Shown here piece after piece: positions 1 to 13,394 of a stretch of DNA of 64,000 nucleotides. The stretch lies in assembly GCA_951406725.2 (NCBI GenBank), contig OX597828.1:6448001-6512000 (forward strand). Direction: 5' to 3'. This DNA is from Octopus vulgaris. Its lineage: Eukaryota. A program made the position numbers and the translations under genes. Below the pieces are notes generated by a model, which searched no databases, was not told the DNA's origin, and was given only the letters and a program-made list of their open reading frames with translations. Numbering within the stretch: position 1 is the first letter of the stretch; the number at the start of each line of letters is the position of its first letter.

Positions 1-1150
1 TTCAAAGGGGTTGTATGACTTCTTAAAAGACAGAAGCCAGGCTGTGACAGCCAATGCAGCCCTCTCTAAAAAGACAGTAATAGAGAGTGGAATGTCTCAG
101 GAAAATGTCTTGATGCTGCTTCTGTTCATATTGGATCTCTCGGACACGCCATCAGTTACACAGACAGCCACACTTACTAGCTATGTCAAAGACACAAGAG
201 TAGTACAAGCAGTCTGGCGCTAATCTTCTACAGAAAGACCTAGATGCCAAATATAAATGGGCCGAAGAAAACAACATGCAATTTGAAGTTGGTAAATTCC
301 AAGCAATCCGCTACCAGCTAATCGGAGCTCAGAAGTCACAACTTCGATACTTTGGACCAAAAGGGTCGGAATTCCTAGAATCACATCCAATGCGTGATCT
401 CGGGATTGATATGGGCAATGATACCTTCTTTTACTTGCATATAATCAAGTTGGTGGCAGTTTGCAGGCGAATGTCCGAAAGCCTTCTGATCAAAGGACCA
501 GGAAAACATACTGGTTCCATGGAGGTTTTGTGCTCAGCCGTCTGGACTACTGCTCTCACCTGTGTCACCATACAGTTTCAGATTAATAGCGAAACTTGAG
601 GAAGTTTAGCGATGTTACACCAGGAAGATTGCATTAATGAAACGGCTGAGCTACTGGGAGAAATTGAAAGAGATACGACGCCACTCCCTGGAACGAAAAC
701 TGGAGAGGTTTGCAGTAATATATGTATGGAAGACCATGGTGGGGTTGGCACCAAACTTTGGAATCGAGAGCTATACAAAACCCCGAACTATACCTCACTG
801 CACTGTTCCAAAGGTCCCTGGTATCCCTTCTAGAGCGAGGACCATGTACTACAACAGCTTGAGATTCAAGGGCTCACAGCTATTTAACGCCTTACAGAAA
901 TACCCCAACTCCATGAAGTGGAGTAGTGGTAGATATTTTCAACTAACAACTTGACCTCCTGCTATCGAATGTCCCACATCAACCAATATCAAAACAAGAG
1001 AAGAGACTCAAAAGAGAACAGCAATGTCGAGCTCCCTCCTTCGCCAAAAGCCAATAACATAGAATTAGCAATTAAAAGGATGATTACACTGGCGCTGCTC
1101 TAGTATTGCTACAGGCTTTGGGCTGAAACATGTAGAAAAGTAAAAGAATA
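1..1150 (+). mobile_element. Degraded CR1/L2-group non-LTR retrotransposon, 3' part (RT C-terminus + 3' tail)
   Basis: Frameshifted ORFs 11-223, 276-599 and 637-954 give FLKDRSQAV..SGMSQENVL..LLFI (degenerate SGVPQGSVLGPLLF), SYVKDT (degenerate YADD), MQFEVGKF, SLERKLERF and FKGSQLFNAL; ends in an A-rich tail at about 1140-1155. Confidence 0.85.
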
Positions 1151-1188
1151 AAAAAATATATATCTCCTGCGAAAATATCATACATCTA

Positions 1189-1593
1189 GGCGCATGCACG
1201 GGTGTGTGTTGAGAAGCTTGATTCCTCAACACATAGTTTCGGGTTCAATCCCACTGCATGGTACATTCGGCTGGTGTCTCCTACTATAGCCTCAGGCTGA
1301 CCAAAGTCTTCTGAGTGCATTCGGTAGTTGAAAACTGAAAGAAGCCCTTTGTATGTATGTATATGTATATATATGTATATACACACACATTTGTATGTCT
1401 GCGTATCCCCACCATCCTTTGACAACCGATGTTGGACTGTTTACGTACCTTTAACATAGCGGTTCGACCAAAAGATCGATAGAATAAGTACTAGACTTAC
1501 AAATAATAATGCTTCTGCTCGATTTCTTTGATTAAAGGCGGTATTCTAGCATGGCCACACTCAAATAACTGAAACAAGTAAAAGAGAAAAGAG
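1189..1593 (+). mobile_element. tRNA-derived SINE, family A
   Basis: tRNA-like head with B-box (GGTTCAATCCC), internal microsatellite and 3' tail ...CTGAAACAAGTAAAAGAG; colinear with 9715-10127. Confidence 0.85.
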
Positions 1594-1646
1594 TATGTAT
1601 GTGTTTACAAGCATATATATATATGTATGCGTGTGTTCGTGTATTT

Positions 1647-1697
<51 letters not shown>

Positions 1698-1702
<5 letters not shown>

Positions 1703-1905
1703 AATGTGACCGCGTGTGTACCGTTGGCGATTTCTTTCCCTCTCTCTTCCCTTCTCTGGATCTTTCCTTCTCCTATGTTTCCGACGAAGAGCTCCGCTCG
1801 AAACGTTAAATCTCCTTCTTTCCTTCTTTCCTGAGCGTCCAATAATACTATATTTGTTCCACGTCCTCGCGTTGTGTTTTTTTGTGCTTTCATGTTTGGA
1901 TTAAC
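1698..1905 (+). mobile_element. Penelope-like terminal-repeat fragment with degenerate minimal hammerhead, inserted in (TA)n
   Basis: GTTT-CCGACGA-A-GAGC-TCC-GCTC-GAAACGTT-AAAT at 1777-1811; (TA)n on both sides. Confidence 0.6.
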
Positions 1906-1968
<63 letters not shown>

Positions 1969-1972
<4 letters not shown>

Positions 1973-2394
1973 TTTCATAAACTTTAAGCTTATAGAGATC
2001 GCCGCGCAATGACTAAAGAATAGGGCATATATGCCCTCGATAGAAAAAAGGTAGTCCTCTCGTACTCGTGGGATTCGAACCCACACCTCATTTTTTTATG
2101 TGACCCAGGATGCTACCGATTACAGTAGCGAACCTAGCTGCATTTTTCTGTCAGAATTAAGAACGAGAATTAGTTCGTATATTTTTGTAAGCAAACTTTC
2201 ATGTGCTTTTACTGCGAATGGGTTTGTTAAGCAGTGCCGATTTTTACAATTCTCTTAATAACAATAGTATTATATAAGCTTAAAGTATACGGAAAACCTA
2301 CAGTGTTCTGTTGAGGGTTTATATGCTCCATTATTAGACTATTTTCTTTAGTCATTGTATGGAGATCGCTATAAGCTCTATGCTTATAAATACT
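1969..2394. mobile_element. Small element with ~55-bp imperfect terminal inverted repeats and an internal tRNA-like B-box on the minus strand
   Basis: 1969-2023 is approximately the reverse complement of 2339-2394 (AAGCTTATAGAGATCG..CAATGACTAAAGAATAG); minus strand reads GGGTTCGAATCCC near 2070-2082. Confidence 0.5.
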
Positions 2395-3873
2395 GTTATT
2401 ATTTACAGAATTGAAAAAATAGGCTCTGCTTAACAAAACCATTCGCATTAAAAGTGTTTATATATATATATATAGAGAGAGAGATAGATAGATAGATAGA
2501 TAGATAGACAGATAGATAGATATAGATATATACGTGTAAATATATATGTATGTATTGAGACATATGGAAACACACATACACAGATATATACTAAGCCCGT
2601 TAAGTATATTTTGCGAAAAAATGTTAACTTGTTTAAACCTCAAGAGAACAAGTCATTCTGTAGTGTTTTTCAGTTTATATACCGCTTTAGAAGCATTAAA
2701 CTGAAATCTAATCAATTATAATTTGTCTCTACAACCCCCTTTACATGCGACATTTTGGCTTGCAGACTAAGAAGAAATGAGTGGATTGGCTCAGCACGAA
2801 ATTTATTTAAGATATTTACTAAGTACATCTGTTTTAATATTCTATATTTGTCATTTTTTAGTAAGCATTCACACATCGTTTTTCGATACGATAGTCCATC
2901 ACTATAATTTATTGAAATCAAACACTCACATATAGAGATGTTTATAGAATACACCACGCAAAAAAAGAACACATATCAATTAATACACATTCGCACACTC
3001 GTGTGTGTTAGCAAATACACGCACGTATATTTAGCACACCAAGAAAGACGAATGTGGCAGACAATAAACACTGGCAAATATACATAAACATTCTGTAAAA
3101 TGGTCTTTAAAAAAACCTATAATACACGACATACATATACATATATGCCCTCACACAGAGATATTGTTCATTAGCCTGCACTATGTTGAAATGGTTATGA
3201 GATTTGGAATCGATGTCGCTTGATGGCGTTAGTTGTCCACATTTAAATGCATTTAGTTAATATATGGAAGATATGCATTAATCATAATTTTTATTTGAAA
3301 ACATAAATATAACCCATTCAAATGTCCTAAACATGTGGCAGCCATTTTGAGTGATCGTGAGTGTGTGTACGAGTATGTTTCTGTGTATTTGTGTGTGTGT
3401 AGTGTGTGTGATTGCGTGTGTGAGTGTGTGCTAGAGAGAGTGTGAGAGTAGTGGAAAAAGAGAGAGAATGAGAAAGATGAAAATGATAATTAGGAGCGGA
3501 GGCTTCAGAGCAAGAAACTGATTTCCGTTCGTGTATCTTTTAACCCAATTCGTGCTGAATGCAAACATAACCGTTTCTGCGGTTTACTAAATTATGTTGA
3601 ATAATCTAAATTATTTTAACCAGCCAGCTCAGTTATCCTATTGATACTCCATGCCAAATCTTAAAATTATAGGATACTACTTAAAAGTTCTTAGTATTCA
3701 CCCAAAAGCAAATAATTACATGGAATAGAAGGGGCTATTTTAAAATACTGGACTAGATATTAAAATAAACGTTTCTACATGCGGCAATCTAAATTTTTCA
3801 GTTTGGAAAGTAGCCATAAAGAAACCAATGTATACAAACTTACAAACGCATATGCATACAGAAATTCAGACAC

Positions 3874-3906
<33 letters not shown>

Positions 3907-5508
3907 TGTATGTATGTATGTATGTATGTATGTATGTATGTATGTACTTATGTATGTATTTATATATATATATATATATATATATCTGCATGTATATATG
4001 TAAACCCTCACATGCATATATATCTATATAGAAATACATACGCGTATTTATGCATCATATATACATACACACACTCACACATATAGGGTTGTGTGTGTCT
4101 CACACGCTTATAGCTCTATGCGTGATACGTTTCTCCCTACTTTATATATCTGTATATCTTCTAAAATACAAAAATAAATATAAAAATATATAATTTGTAA
4201 TGAGATTTTCTCCGCTTCTTAAGAAGCCATATTAGATTTCTTATAGTCTCTGGAAAAGTGAGAAAAAAATTAAATTAACCATCAATATCGTATTCGAGAT
4301 GTTTCGACTCAATTTATGTCAGTTCAATTTTTGTAAACTTTATGTAGCTATGTGATTATACGTGTGGTGTCTAGTCAAATGTATTTGTGGTCAACATTAC
4401 TGCTAATCATTAACTTCTAAACCTTGAAAATTATCTGAACAGGATAAAATGTCTGCCTAAAGTTGTTTTATTATAGAAACTTTATCTCCCAGCCATTAAG
4501 AATTCTAAACAGTAATTGCGGCGACTGATGAGATTACAGTCATATAACAACAAGGCGACCTTGCGTCCACAGTCTGACAGCATTTAGACTGAACATCACT
4601 TTTCAATATATCGAATTCTTTTGGCTGAGCATAAAATTGGAGATGAAACTACATGAGACTAAATCAATTGTTGTATGTGGCTATTATTATTTTCTGAAAT
4701 CGGGGGAGGGATTTAAAGTTAAATGTGACATCTCAGATTAATACAATTTGAAAAGATATGTCCTAAATCACCTAATCCAATGTCTGCCTCGTATTTCTCG
4801 GTTTTTCTTATATATTATAATTAACAATTATTTCCTGCATTCGACCAGATGATTTCTGAAAAACAAAATTGATCCGGTGTGATATGAACTGAAAACATGG
4901 ATGCCATTAAAAGCAGCAATTTTTTGAAATCCAATACTACACAGCGTCAGGAAAATTAACCAAATCTGTATATTGGAGATTTTATCTGTTGAACCAGATA
5001 GCACGGTTTTGAGAAGATTATTAAATTAGCCCCCCAATAAGTAAAATAGTGAATGCGACATTTGACCTGCGAACAACTAAATTATATACCAAAGCAACGC
5101 GACACGCTTCTTTATATACACACACAATTCACCGATTAGTCAGGTGCTAAAATTTACGTACACACTTATACATTCTTCTGGTATGGAAATGATTCTTTGC
5201 AGTGAACAATATATAAATAGTAGAAAAAAATGTGAAATATCGATAGAAGAATAAAGACAATATATATTCATAGTAATCTCAGGGAACAAAGATTCTACAG
5301 TAGGTGTTCGCTTATACGTAACAATGATTAAACCTTGCTTAAAATATTTGTACATTGAGATATCGAAATAGAAACACTTGTACCAGATTAACTCGTATTA
5401 AATTATTAAAATTGTTAAAATTGTTAATTTGTTTTGTCTGTGACAAGTTCTTGCTTGTAACGTGAATCATAACTCAGCACAAATATTCATATAAATGAAG
5501 ACATACAC

Positions 5509-5555
<47 letters not shown>

Positions 5556-5558
<3 letters not shown>

Positions 5559-5877
5559 CTTTAAATTTGAGAGCACTAAAGGTATGTTCGATTTTTAGTG
5601 CTCTCAAATTTAAAATTACTGAAATCCTTGTGCTGATGACGGGAATGTTGGAATAGAGATGTATTTGTAGCATCTCTATATCTAACTAACCCAGAAACGC
5701 GTCCACAAGGAATCAAATTTCGGGTGAACTGTCGTCATTATTCCCTCTAGGCCTACGTGAATTGTTTTTGAGTATACATTGTCTGGGTGAGTCTTCTTAT
5801 AGAAGAAGAAATAGCTATTTCTAAAAGTTCGGTTTGTGGCAAAGCAATTTTTTTTGCTGAACCCTAATTATATAAAG

Positions 5878-5880
<3 letters not shown>
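5556..5880 (+). mobile_element. Non-autonomous Penelope-like/retrozyme-like element inserted in (TA)n
   Basis: Non-repetitive segment between two (TA)n tracts containing a perfect 21-bp hairpin (5560-5580/5594-5614) and the HHR. Confidence 0.65.
5625..5711 (+). ncRNA. Type I hammerhead ribozyme, Penelope-type with palindromic stem III
   Basis: Stem I TCCTTGTG/CACAAGGA; core CTGATGA (5633-5639); long stem II (GGG/CCC, GTTGGA/TCTAAC, ATAGAGATG/CATCTCTAT); GAAA (5694-5697); ACGCGT; GTC cleavage triplet ending at 5703. Confidence 0.85.
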
Positions 5881-5966
<86 letters not shown>

Positions 5967-7266
5967 CATATATATATGTATATATACATATATATATATG
6001 TGTGTGTGTGTATGTATGTGTGTATATATACGCATATATATATATATTTATATATGTATGCATGTATGTTTGTACACTCACAAACACACAAACGCATACA
6101 TATATACAGACCTATATACACACAGCCACACTTCAACCTCACACCCCACCCTCACATCTCCCACACAGCATCATCTGCACACCCATACACCCACACATTT
6201 CAGACACACACACTCACATCCACACGTCAAAGGCACTATCCCCTATCCACACGCACACACTTGTACACTCTTACATACATACACGTACGCGCCCTTCGTT
6301 TCACGATCACCACTACTCTGTTATCTCCCCTTCTTCCTACTCTCCTGTCCAACTACCTTTTCCCAACAAGTAGCCACACTATGAAGTACATTTTCTTAAC
6401 GACACTTTAAAATTTTTAGCGTTCTCTCAATACTTGGCCTTCCATATATGTATATGCGTATATATCTGGTTTTGTTCCTGTATATATGTATACTATGTTT
6501 GTGTACAAACTTGTATATGTGCTTAAGTATGTGTATGTCTATGTATATAAGTATGTGTTTGTGTCCTTCTATGCTATGGGATGCCCTTGTGTGTGTATGA
6601 GAACTTTTATGCGTGTTTGCAGATGGTCGTAAACGTCTATTAACATATACGTATGTATTTATGTGTGTGCTGTGAGTATATGTTCGAGTGTATGTATATG
6701 TACTTATGTATGTGTGAGTGTGTATATGTTTGTATATAGACATGTTCGTGTTGGTAATATATATATATATATATATAATAAAAATAAGCAACAAATATAT
6801 CCGAGTTAATGCGGTACGATCGTTTCATGCTACTTCATTTTATTAAACACTGTAAGTATTACATCAATTTTAAAATGTCGAGCAATCTTCAGCCACTTTT
6901 AGAAATTTTCCAAACAACCGAACAATGCACATCCTTATCTCTAATTCATTTACTAACATTATAAAGAGGGTAGATGTACAGACAGAGAGGGTGATTTCTT
7001 CCTTAAGAACATGATAATATTATAACTACTCTCTGACTGTAGATTCTAACTTTGTTATTTAGATCTATCAGTAGGGAGGGGGATTTTTGTTTGGATGGAA
7101 ACAAAGAAGTTTTCTATTTATAGATATAGGAAGGGGTGGAACAAATATCAAAACCAATAAATCTATTCCTATTCAGATGAACCCAGCCCAGATACGTGCA
7201 CTAAGCAAAAAGTTAGTATGTTGAAGTTAGAGGGGCACCATATTCATCTGAATCTAAATTTTGCTG

Positions 7267-7337
<71 letters not shown>

Positions 7338-9039
7338 TATGTTTATGTATGCATGTGTGTAAGTGTGCGTGCATATGCATATAATTACATCATATTTCCT
7401 AGGGCTTCCTATATCTGTAAAAATGTCTATTTGATGAGTATTGTTGTTTATATCTTTCTTGATGAGACTGGTATATGGCTGACTATAATTCTTCCTATTA
7501 TGGACGCAGTTTGAATGCATCCATCGAAACATATGTAGAAAATATGAAAATATAAATATTTTAGTAACATCCTAAGCGTTTGTCTGCTTTTTCAATTTTT
7601 CATATGTGTGTGTGTGTGTGCGTGTGTGAGCGTGTGAGCGTGTGTGTGTGTCTGTGTGTTCATATGACTATATATTCAAATTAGCTTAATATTTATATAT
7701 TTGGCACTTTGTAAATTGTTACCTTTAAGGTGTGACATTTTTATATTTCCTTTGGATAATTACTTCATGGATATTTCTGGAGGTACTTGTTAGATATTTT
7801 TCTATTTTTCGAATGCCGCCGTTTGACCATTTTGGCAGAAAGGGTCATATATAAACGTACCATTTTACACCAAAAGTCACCATATATATATACATTAACA
7901 CACAGAGACACCAAATACACGCTATAATACTTCTGAAAGAAACCTTTAGACGAAGTTTTCAAAATCCAGCATGTTTATTTACTTCTCTGATATATCTTGA
8001 TGTGTTCTGCTCTCTTCGAAAATGTATATCAACTGTCACTCTTGGAATATTTCAAACATTTTCAAAGGCTTCCTTTGATTTTCAAACACGTTTATTGACA
8101 TCTATTTTTTATAGAGAATTCTATGCTAAGTTAGATATTATTTTACATGATTTTATCATTTGTAGTAGCGCCTAGAATGCATTTTTGGCGCCAGCTAATA
8201 CGCCCCAATACGCACAAAGGTATATAATTTGCATAAAGTTATATTTTTAGCCGTTTCAAATCTCATATTAAATATACATTCTGACGTTAATAGACTAGTG
8301 TAAAGTTTTGTACAAAGGTACTACTTGCTAGTATGTATTACTTTTCTCATTGTCGTAGTAGTTTTGTTGATTTTCTTTTAAATGTATTCGTGCCAGCTCT
8401 TATTTCTGCTAAACTAATATATACACAGACAGGAATATTAATTCGATTTGACTATTACTACCAAGAGCCGTCAGAAACCAACAGTTGGATAGTCTTCGAC
8501 ATCTATACTCTTGGCCAATTTATACCTTTGATGCTGTCACGGACACATTAAACTTACCGCTGACAAACTAATGTAGGAGACTAATGAATCAATAAGGATG
8601 CCTGGCCGCGGTCAGTTGACCTGCTAGAAATAACACCCTAGTAATTTTTTAGGATTACCCAGTGTATGGATTCTGCTAACACCACCAACGAGCATGATGA
8701 AGTTTTAAATAAAACCGCTGATGAAGTCTGTTAAACTTAATTGCATACTGCCGTATTCAGGAGTGATTGCCATTCTAGAAAATTTGACCTAGTCACGCAA
8801 TGACCGAGGAAATGAAGGAGTAGTCATTGAGGAAATGCCTTTTCACATTCAGATGCATTTCGCTGATTTTTTAGCAGTTCAAAAACCTCTTAGATGCCAC
8901 CTCATTTGCGGCTGTGTTGGTAGTAGTGGTGGTGATGATGGTAGTGTTGGTGATGTTGCAGTTGCTGTTGTTATTGTTATTAGCAGTAGTGGCGCTATTG
9001 TAGTTCTTGTTATTGAAGTTATTGACGTCGTTGATCTGG

Positions 9040-9695
9040 GAGAGTCTAAGCTGCATTTTTCCGGTTCTTTACGTCCTAAGCAGAAATCCCGCCGGGTGTA
9101 CGTTGATTTTCATCGTTTGGTGATCGATAAAATAAGTACCAGTTAGTCACTGGAATCAATGTAATCGACTTACCGCCACCCCGATTCTTGCTGGCCTTGT
9201 ACCAAAATTTGAAACCGATATTGAAATAGCTAATCTGGGAGAATCTTTAGCGCGTTGGACAAAATGCTTAGCGGCATTATATCTGGTTCTTTGTGTCTTA
9301 AAAGAAATCCTGAACTAATTTTTGATGGGGTTTTTTTCCCACCTGGCGAGAAATCCTGAAGTGATCACCTTTGATTTTCAACCTTTCAGACTCGATAGTT
9401 AAAATATCAGGCATGTTCTGGGGTCAGTCTAATCGATTAATCCTCAACTCTAAAAATGCTTGCCTGGCGTAAAAATTTGGAACAATATTGTTGAAAATTC
9501 AAAGGCTTTGCGTTGGTAGAATTGTTAGCACATGGGGCAAAATTTCGTCGGTCTTTACGCTCCCAATTCAAATTCTGTCGAGGTCGACTTTGCCTTTCAT
9601 CCCCTCGGTGTCGATAAAATAAGTATCAGATGTAATCGACTTGGTCCCTTTTCACAAACTGCTGGTCTTGAGCCAAAATTTGAAACCAATATTAT
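9040..9695 (+). mobile_element. Cluster of three degraded family B SINE copies
   Basis: Recurrent CAAATTC..GAGGTCGACTTTGCCTTTCATCC..GTCGATAAAATAAGTA..GATGTAATCGACT..CCAAAATTTGAAACC motifs near 9070-9220, 9340-9490 and 9560-9695. Confidence 0.7.
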
Positions 9696-9714
9696 TGAAA
9701 AATGTTTCAAAATA

Positions 9715-10127
9715 GGCGCCGCAGGAGCGGCTGTGTGGTAAGTAGCTTGCTTACCAACCACATGGTTCCGAGTTCAGTCCCACAGCGTGTTACCTTGGGC
9801 AAGTGTCTTATACTATAGCCTCGGGCCGACCAAAGCCTTGTGAGTGTATTTGGTAGATGGAAGCTGAAAGAAGCCCGTCGTATATATGTATATGTATATA
9901 TGTGTGTGTTTGTGTGCCTGATTTTGTCTCCCCAACATGGCTTGACAATCGATGCTGATGTATTTGCGTCCCTGTAACTTAGCAGTTCGACAAAAGAGAC
10001 CAATAGAATAATTACTAGGCCCACAAAGAATAAGTCCTGGGGTCGATTTGCTAGACTTAAAGGCGGTGCTCTAGCATGGCCGCAGTCAAATGACTAAAAC
10101 AAGTAAAAGAGTAAAAGAGTAAAAGAG
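9715..10127 (+). mobile_element. tRNA-derived SINE, family A (best-preserved copy)
   Basis: A-box-like GGCTGTGTGGTAAG, B-box-like GAGTTCAGTCCC, body and (GTAAAAGA)n tail; several other copies in the window. Confidence 0.9.
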
Positions 10128-10448
10128 ACTAAACACGGAACTAAATGAATTGCAGTGTTTAGTTGAGTCTCATTTAGTTCCGAGTTCAAATCATGCCGAA
10201 GCTGACTTCACCTTGCCAGTCTTCTTTTTGCTATAATGTAGGTAGCAGCCGTAAAGAAGAAAGATTCAATTAAGATTGCGACGCAATCCTACATTAGTCT
10301 TCGTGTTTCTTTTTCTACTTTTTTTGTTCTTGTTAAAACTAAAGGAAATTCTGGGTAAGGTTCTAACAAAAACAATACAAACATCAATGACTTCACAAGA
10401 TTCGTTTCTTCTAAATTCTTGTATAGAGCAACAAAAAAATTGCGTTTT

Positions 10449-10537
10449 CGTCGTCGTCGTCGTCATAGTAGTAGTAGCAGTAGTATTATTATTATTGTTG
10501 TTGTTGTTGTTGTTGTTATTATTATTATTACCATTAA

Positions 10538-10613
<76 letters not shown>

Positions 10614-10664
10614 GGTGGTGGTGGTAGCGGCGGTGGCAGCAGCAGTAGTAGTAGTAGTAGTAGC

Positions 10665-10713
<49 letters not shown>
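10449..10713. repeat. Compound trinucleotide microsatellite (CGT/AGT/ATT/GTT/GGT/GCA)
   Basis: Read directly from sequence. Confidence 0.95.
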
Positions 10714-11945
10714 ACGTGTAGCCTTAGATAAATCCTGATTAAGAAGTCCTAGAATCAAAAGCATTACTACGTTGACCACCATATAGCTACATAAAACAAA
10801 TGTAGAAATGTGTTTAGTAGTCGTAATTCTTGTTGTTGCTTAGCCTCAGTTTAGCTCAAACTATGAAGAACTAACATTACAAGCATTCCAGTAATAACCA
10901 TCTCAATGCCGTCGTTATCCATGCTAGTTTATAAGGGTTACATTATTGTTTGCAAACTCAGATTTTTGCATTTTTATGCATGATTTAAGAGCAGTTCCTA
11001 TTTCTAGCACATCAAGCAAGAAATCTTAAGTTTAGTCTATGTTATGTCGTAGATGCCACGTAAGCGACGACGTTCAGATTTATATAGTGTAGGGACTTCA
11101 AATAGCTTCAATATGTTTCTAGTTTAATCTTACTTTTCTGGCGGTTGTTACTTTATATTCTAATATTGAATCTCACACTAATACTTCAAAATTTCTTATA
11201 TAGATATACTTGAATTACTTCTTTTATATAAACTGAGTTCTTCACTCAGGCATTGCTTGCAACACTATCGTTGTTATTGTTACTATCGGTTTTCTTGTTA
11301 TTATTTTCGTTGCGGTGCAATCTGTGCCAAATCTGGTTAAGTAGATCTATGGCAAGGAAGCTGACAATCAAATGTTTTAGTGGTTGGTTACATTCTTTCA
11401 TCTTAATTTGCTATGAGTTGTAAATTTGTCTATCACAAAGGGATGAAAGGATGAATCAGCCTTAGCAGGATTCAAATTTAAAAAGAAAAAAGCGAAAATT
11501 GAGGAACAACTAATTAATTGTTGTGTCTAGACATATACTTCAAGCCATAGACTTGCTCTAAAGAAATGCAAATTGAATAACTATTATCGTCAAATTATAA
11601 ACACTACACTATACATTAAAGAGAATTCAAAGATTAGGGGAATAATACATTCTTTATAAACAGGAACATCATTGAAGAGTCAGCGATGTTACTGTTTGTA
11701 AAGAATCAAAAAGAGTCCAAGAATCCTAGATGCTTTGTGAGAGATTCAAAACCAAATTTTTACAGTGTTTCGGGTTTTAGATAAATAGAAAGATATATTT
11801 CAAAGCAGGAAGTTATTCATATATAGATAGAAAATGCAAAACAGCTGGGGAGGGGATTACAGCAATTAAATATTGGATATTTATATTATATTAATAAATG
11901 ACTGTTCTCTAAGTTCAAACGTTCTCTGCCTTTATTGACTGAGAA

Positions 11946-11984
11946 GACAACAATAACAACAGCAGCAGCAACAACAACAATTAC

Positions 11985-12055
<71 letters not shown>

Positions 12056-12105
12056 TAATAATAAAAATAAAATTAATAGCAGCAACATCAACAATAACAA
12101 TAATC
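11946..12105. repeat. (AAT)n/(AAC)n/(AGC)n microsatellite
   Basis: Read directly from sequence. Confidence 0.95.
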
Positions 12106-12952
12106 TCCATTTCATAGCTGGAAAAATCTCTACTTCAATAATTTATTTTTAATCTGACTGAGGTACTCTACCATTGTGTCACAGAAACGTTAATTAATTA
12201 ATTGATAATTAAAAGTGATCGTTTGATTGAGTATTCATTGAAGGTCTTTCTTTTTTTCTTCTTTTTTTATAATGGATTTAATCTGAAATCACAATGGGAA
12301 ATGAAGCTATAGTTAGTTTAGTTTACTGATGTTTAGCTTTCTAAGAAGCTATTCCTTTGCAGTTTTAGAATACTGCTTTTAGTCGGTCAACATAGACTTG
12401 AATATTAATATATTACTTGGTACTTTCTTTATCGATCAATTATATTCCACAAATCAATCGCTTACGTACTACAAACACACACATACACACAGATATGGGT
12501 ATAGAGGTTATGTGTGTGTAATGTGTGTGTCTTTGTATGCACAATCAAAATTTTGCACGCCCATTCATATAAATTGATACACACGCGCTCAGACGCACAA
12601 CCGGCTCCAGAATACTTTCATTGGTCCCCGAAATGTCGGTCTACTCATAAAAAAGCAGTCAGCCCGTAGATGTGAAGCACATTCTGCACCACATAGTTAT
12701 GCTTGTACCTACGCTGCAGTGGCGGGGTTTAAAACGGAAAATAAACTATAAAAAATAATCAACACAAAAGTAAATATCACAGCCGAAAATTATATCACTA
12801 AGCTGTAAAAGTAAAGGTTACATGAAGGCCATAAATATTATCAATCATTTGAGAATTTTCCGTTTTGTCTTCTCTGTTTTTATCTTTCCTATATTAACTT
12901 CAATTCAATCACTATATCTGATATATTTTGACGTGGTTGAAATTGTTATGTG

Positions 12953-13258
12953 AAGGCGCGTGGTTTAGTGGTCAGGGAATTCGTCTCACTATTGTTAGAT
13001 AGTATGTTCGGTTTCCGCAGCGGGTTCTGTCCCTGAGCAAGACACTTTATTTCACGTTACTCCAGTCTATTCAATTGGCAAAAAGGAGTAGGACCTGTAA
13101 GTGAAAGGGCCAGCCTTGTAACACTAAATATCCTTGAGAATTTCGTTAAGTGTTCACGTGTCTGTGGAGTGCACAGCCACATGTACCCTTATTTCACGAG
13201 CAGATTGCTCCATTGAACGGATCAACTGGAACACTCGTCGTCGTATCCGACAGAGTGT
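12953..13258 (+). mobile_element. tRNA-derived SINE, family C
   Basis: Head GGCGCGTGGTTTAGTGGTCAGG then GTCCCTGAGCAAGACACTTTATTTCACGTTACTCCAG; homologous to the minus copy at 17155-17302 and to decayed 3' parts near 36450-36610 and 38180-38330. Confidence 0.75.
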
Positions 13259-13394
13259 CAAGTTTAACTGTTATTGTTTTTTTTTTAATTAATCCATAAT
13301 GCACCTGGCCATATATAATTCCATCTATGACTATCTTGTCATATGGGTTTCAAGACTGCACCATGTTCTCACTTCTGTATCTTCTGTTCTTTGT

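Noticed and set aside
4520-4560. Isolated CTGATGA/CTGACGA hits (also near 8719, 33509, 36559 and 56161)
   Set aside because: No stem II plus GAAA plus stem I pairing, so not hammerheads
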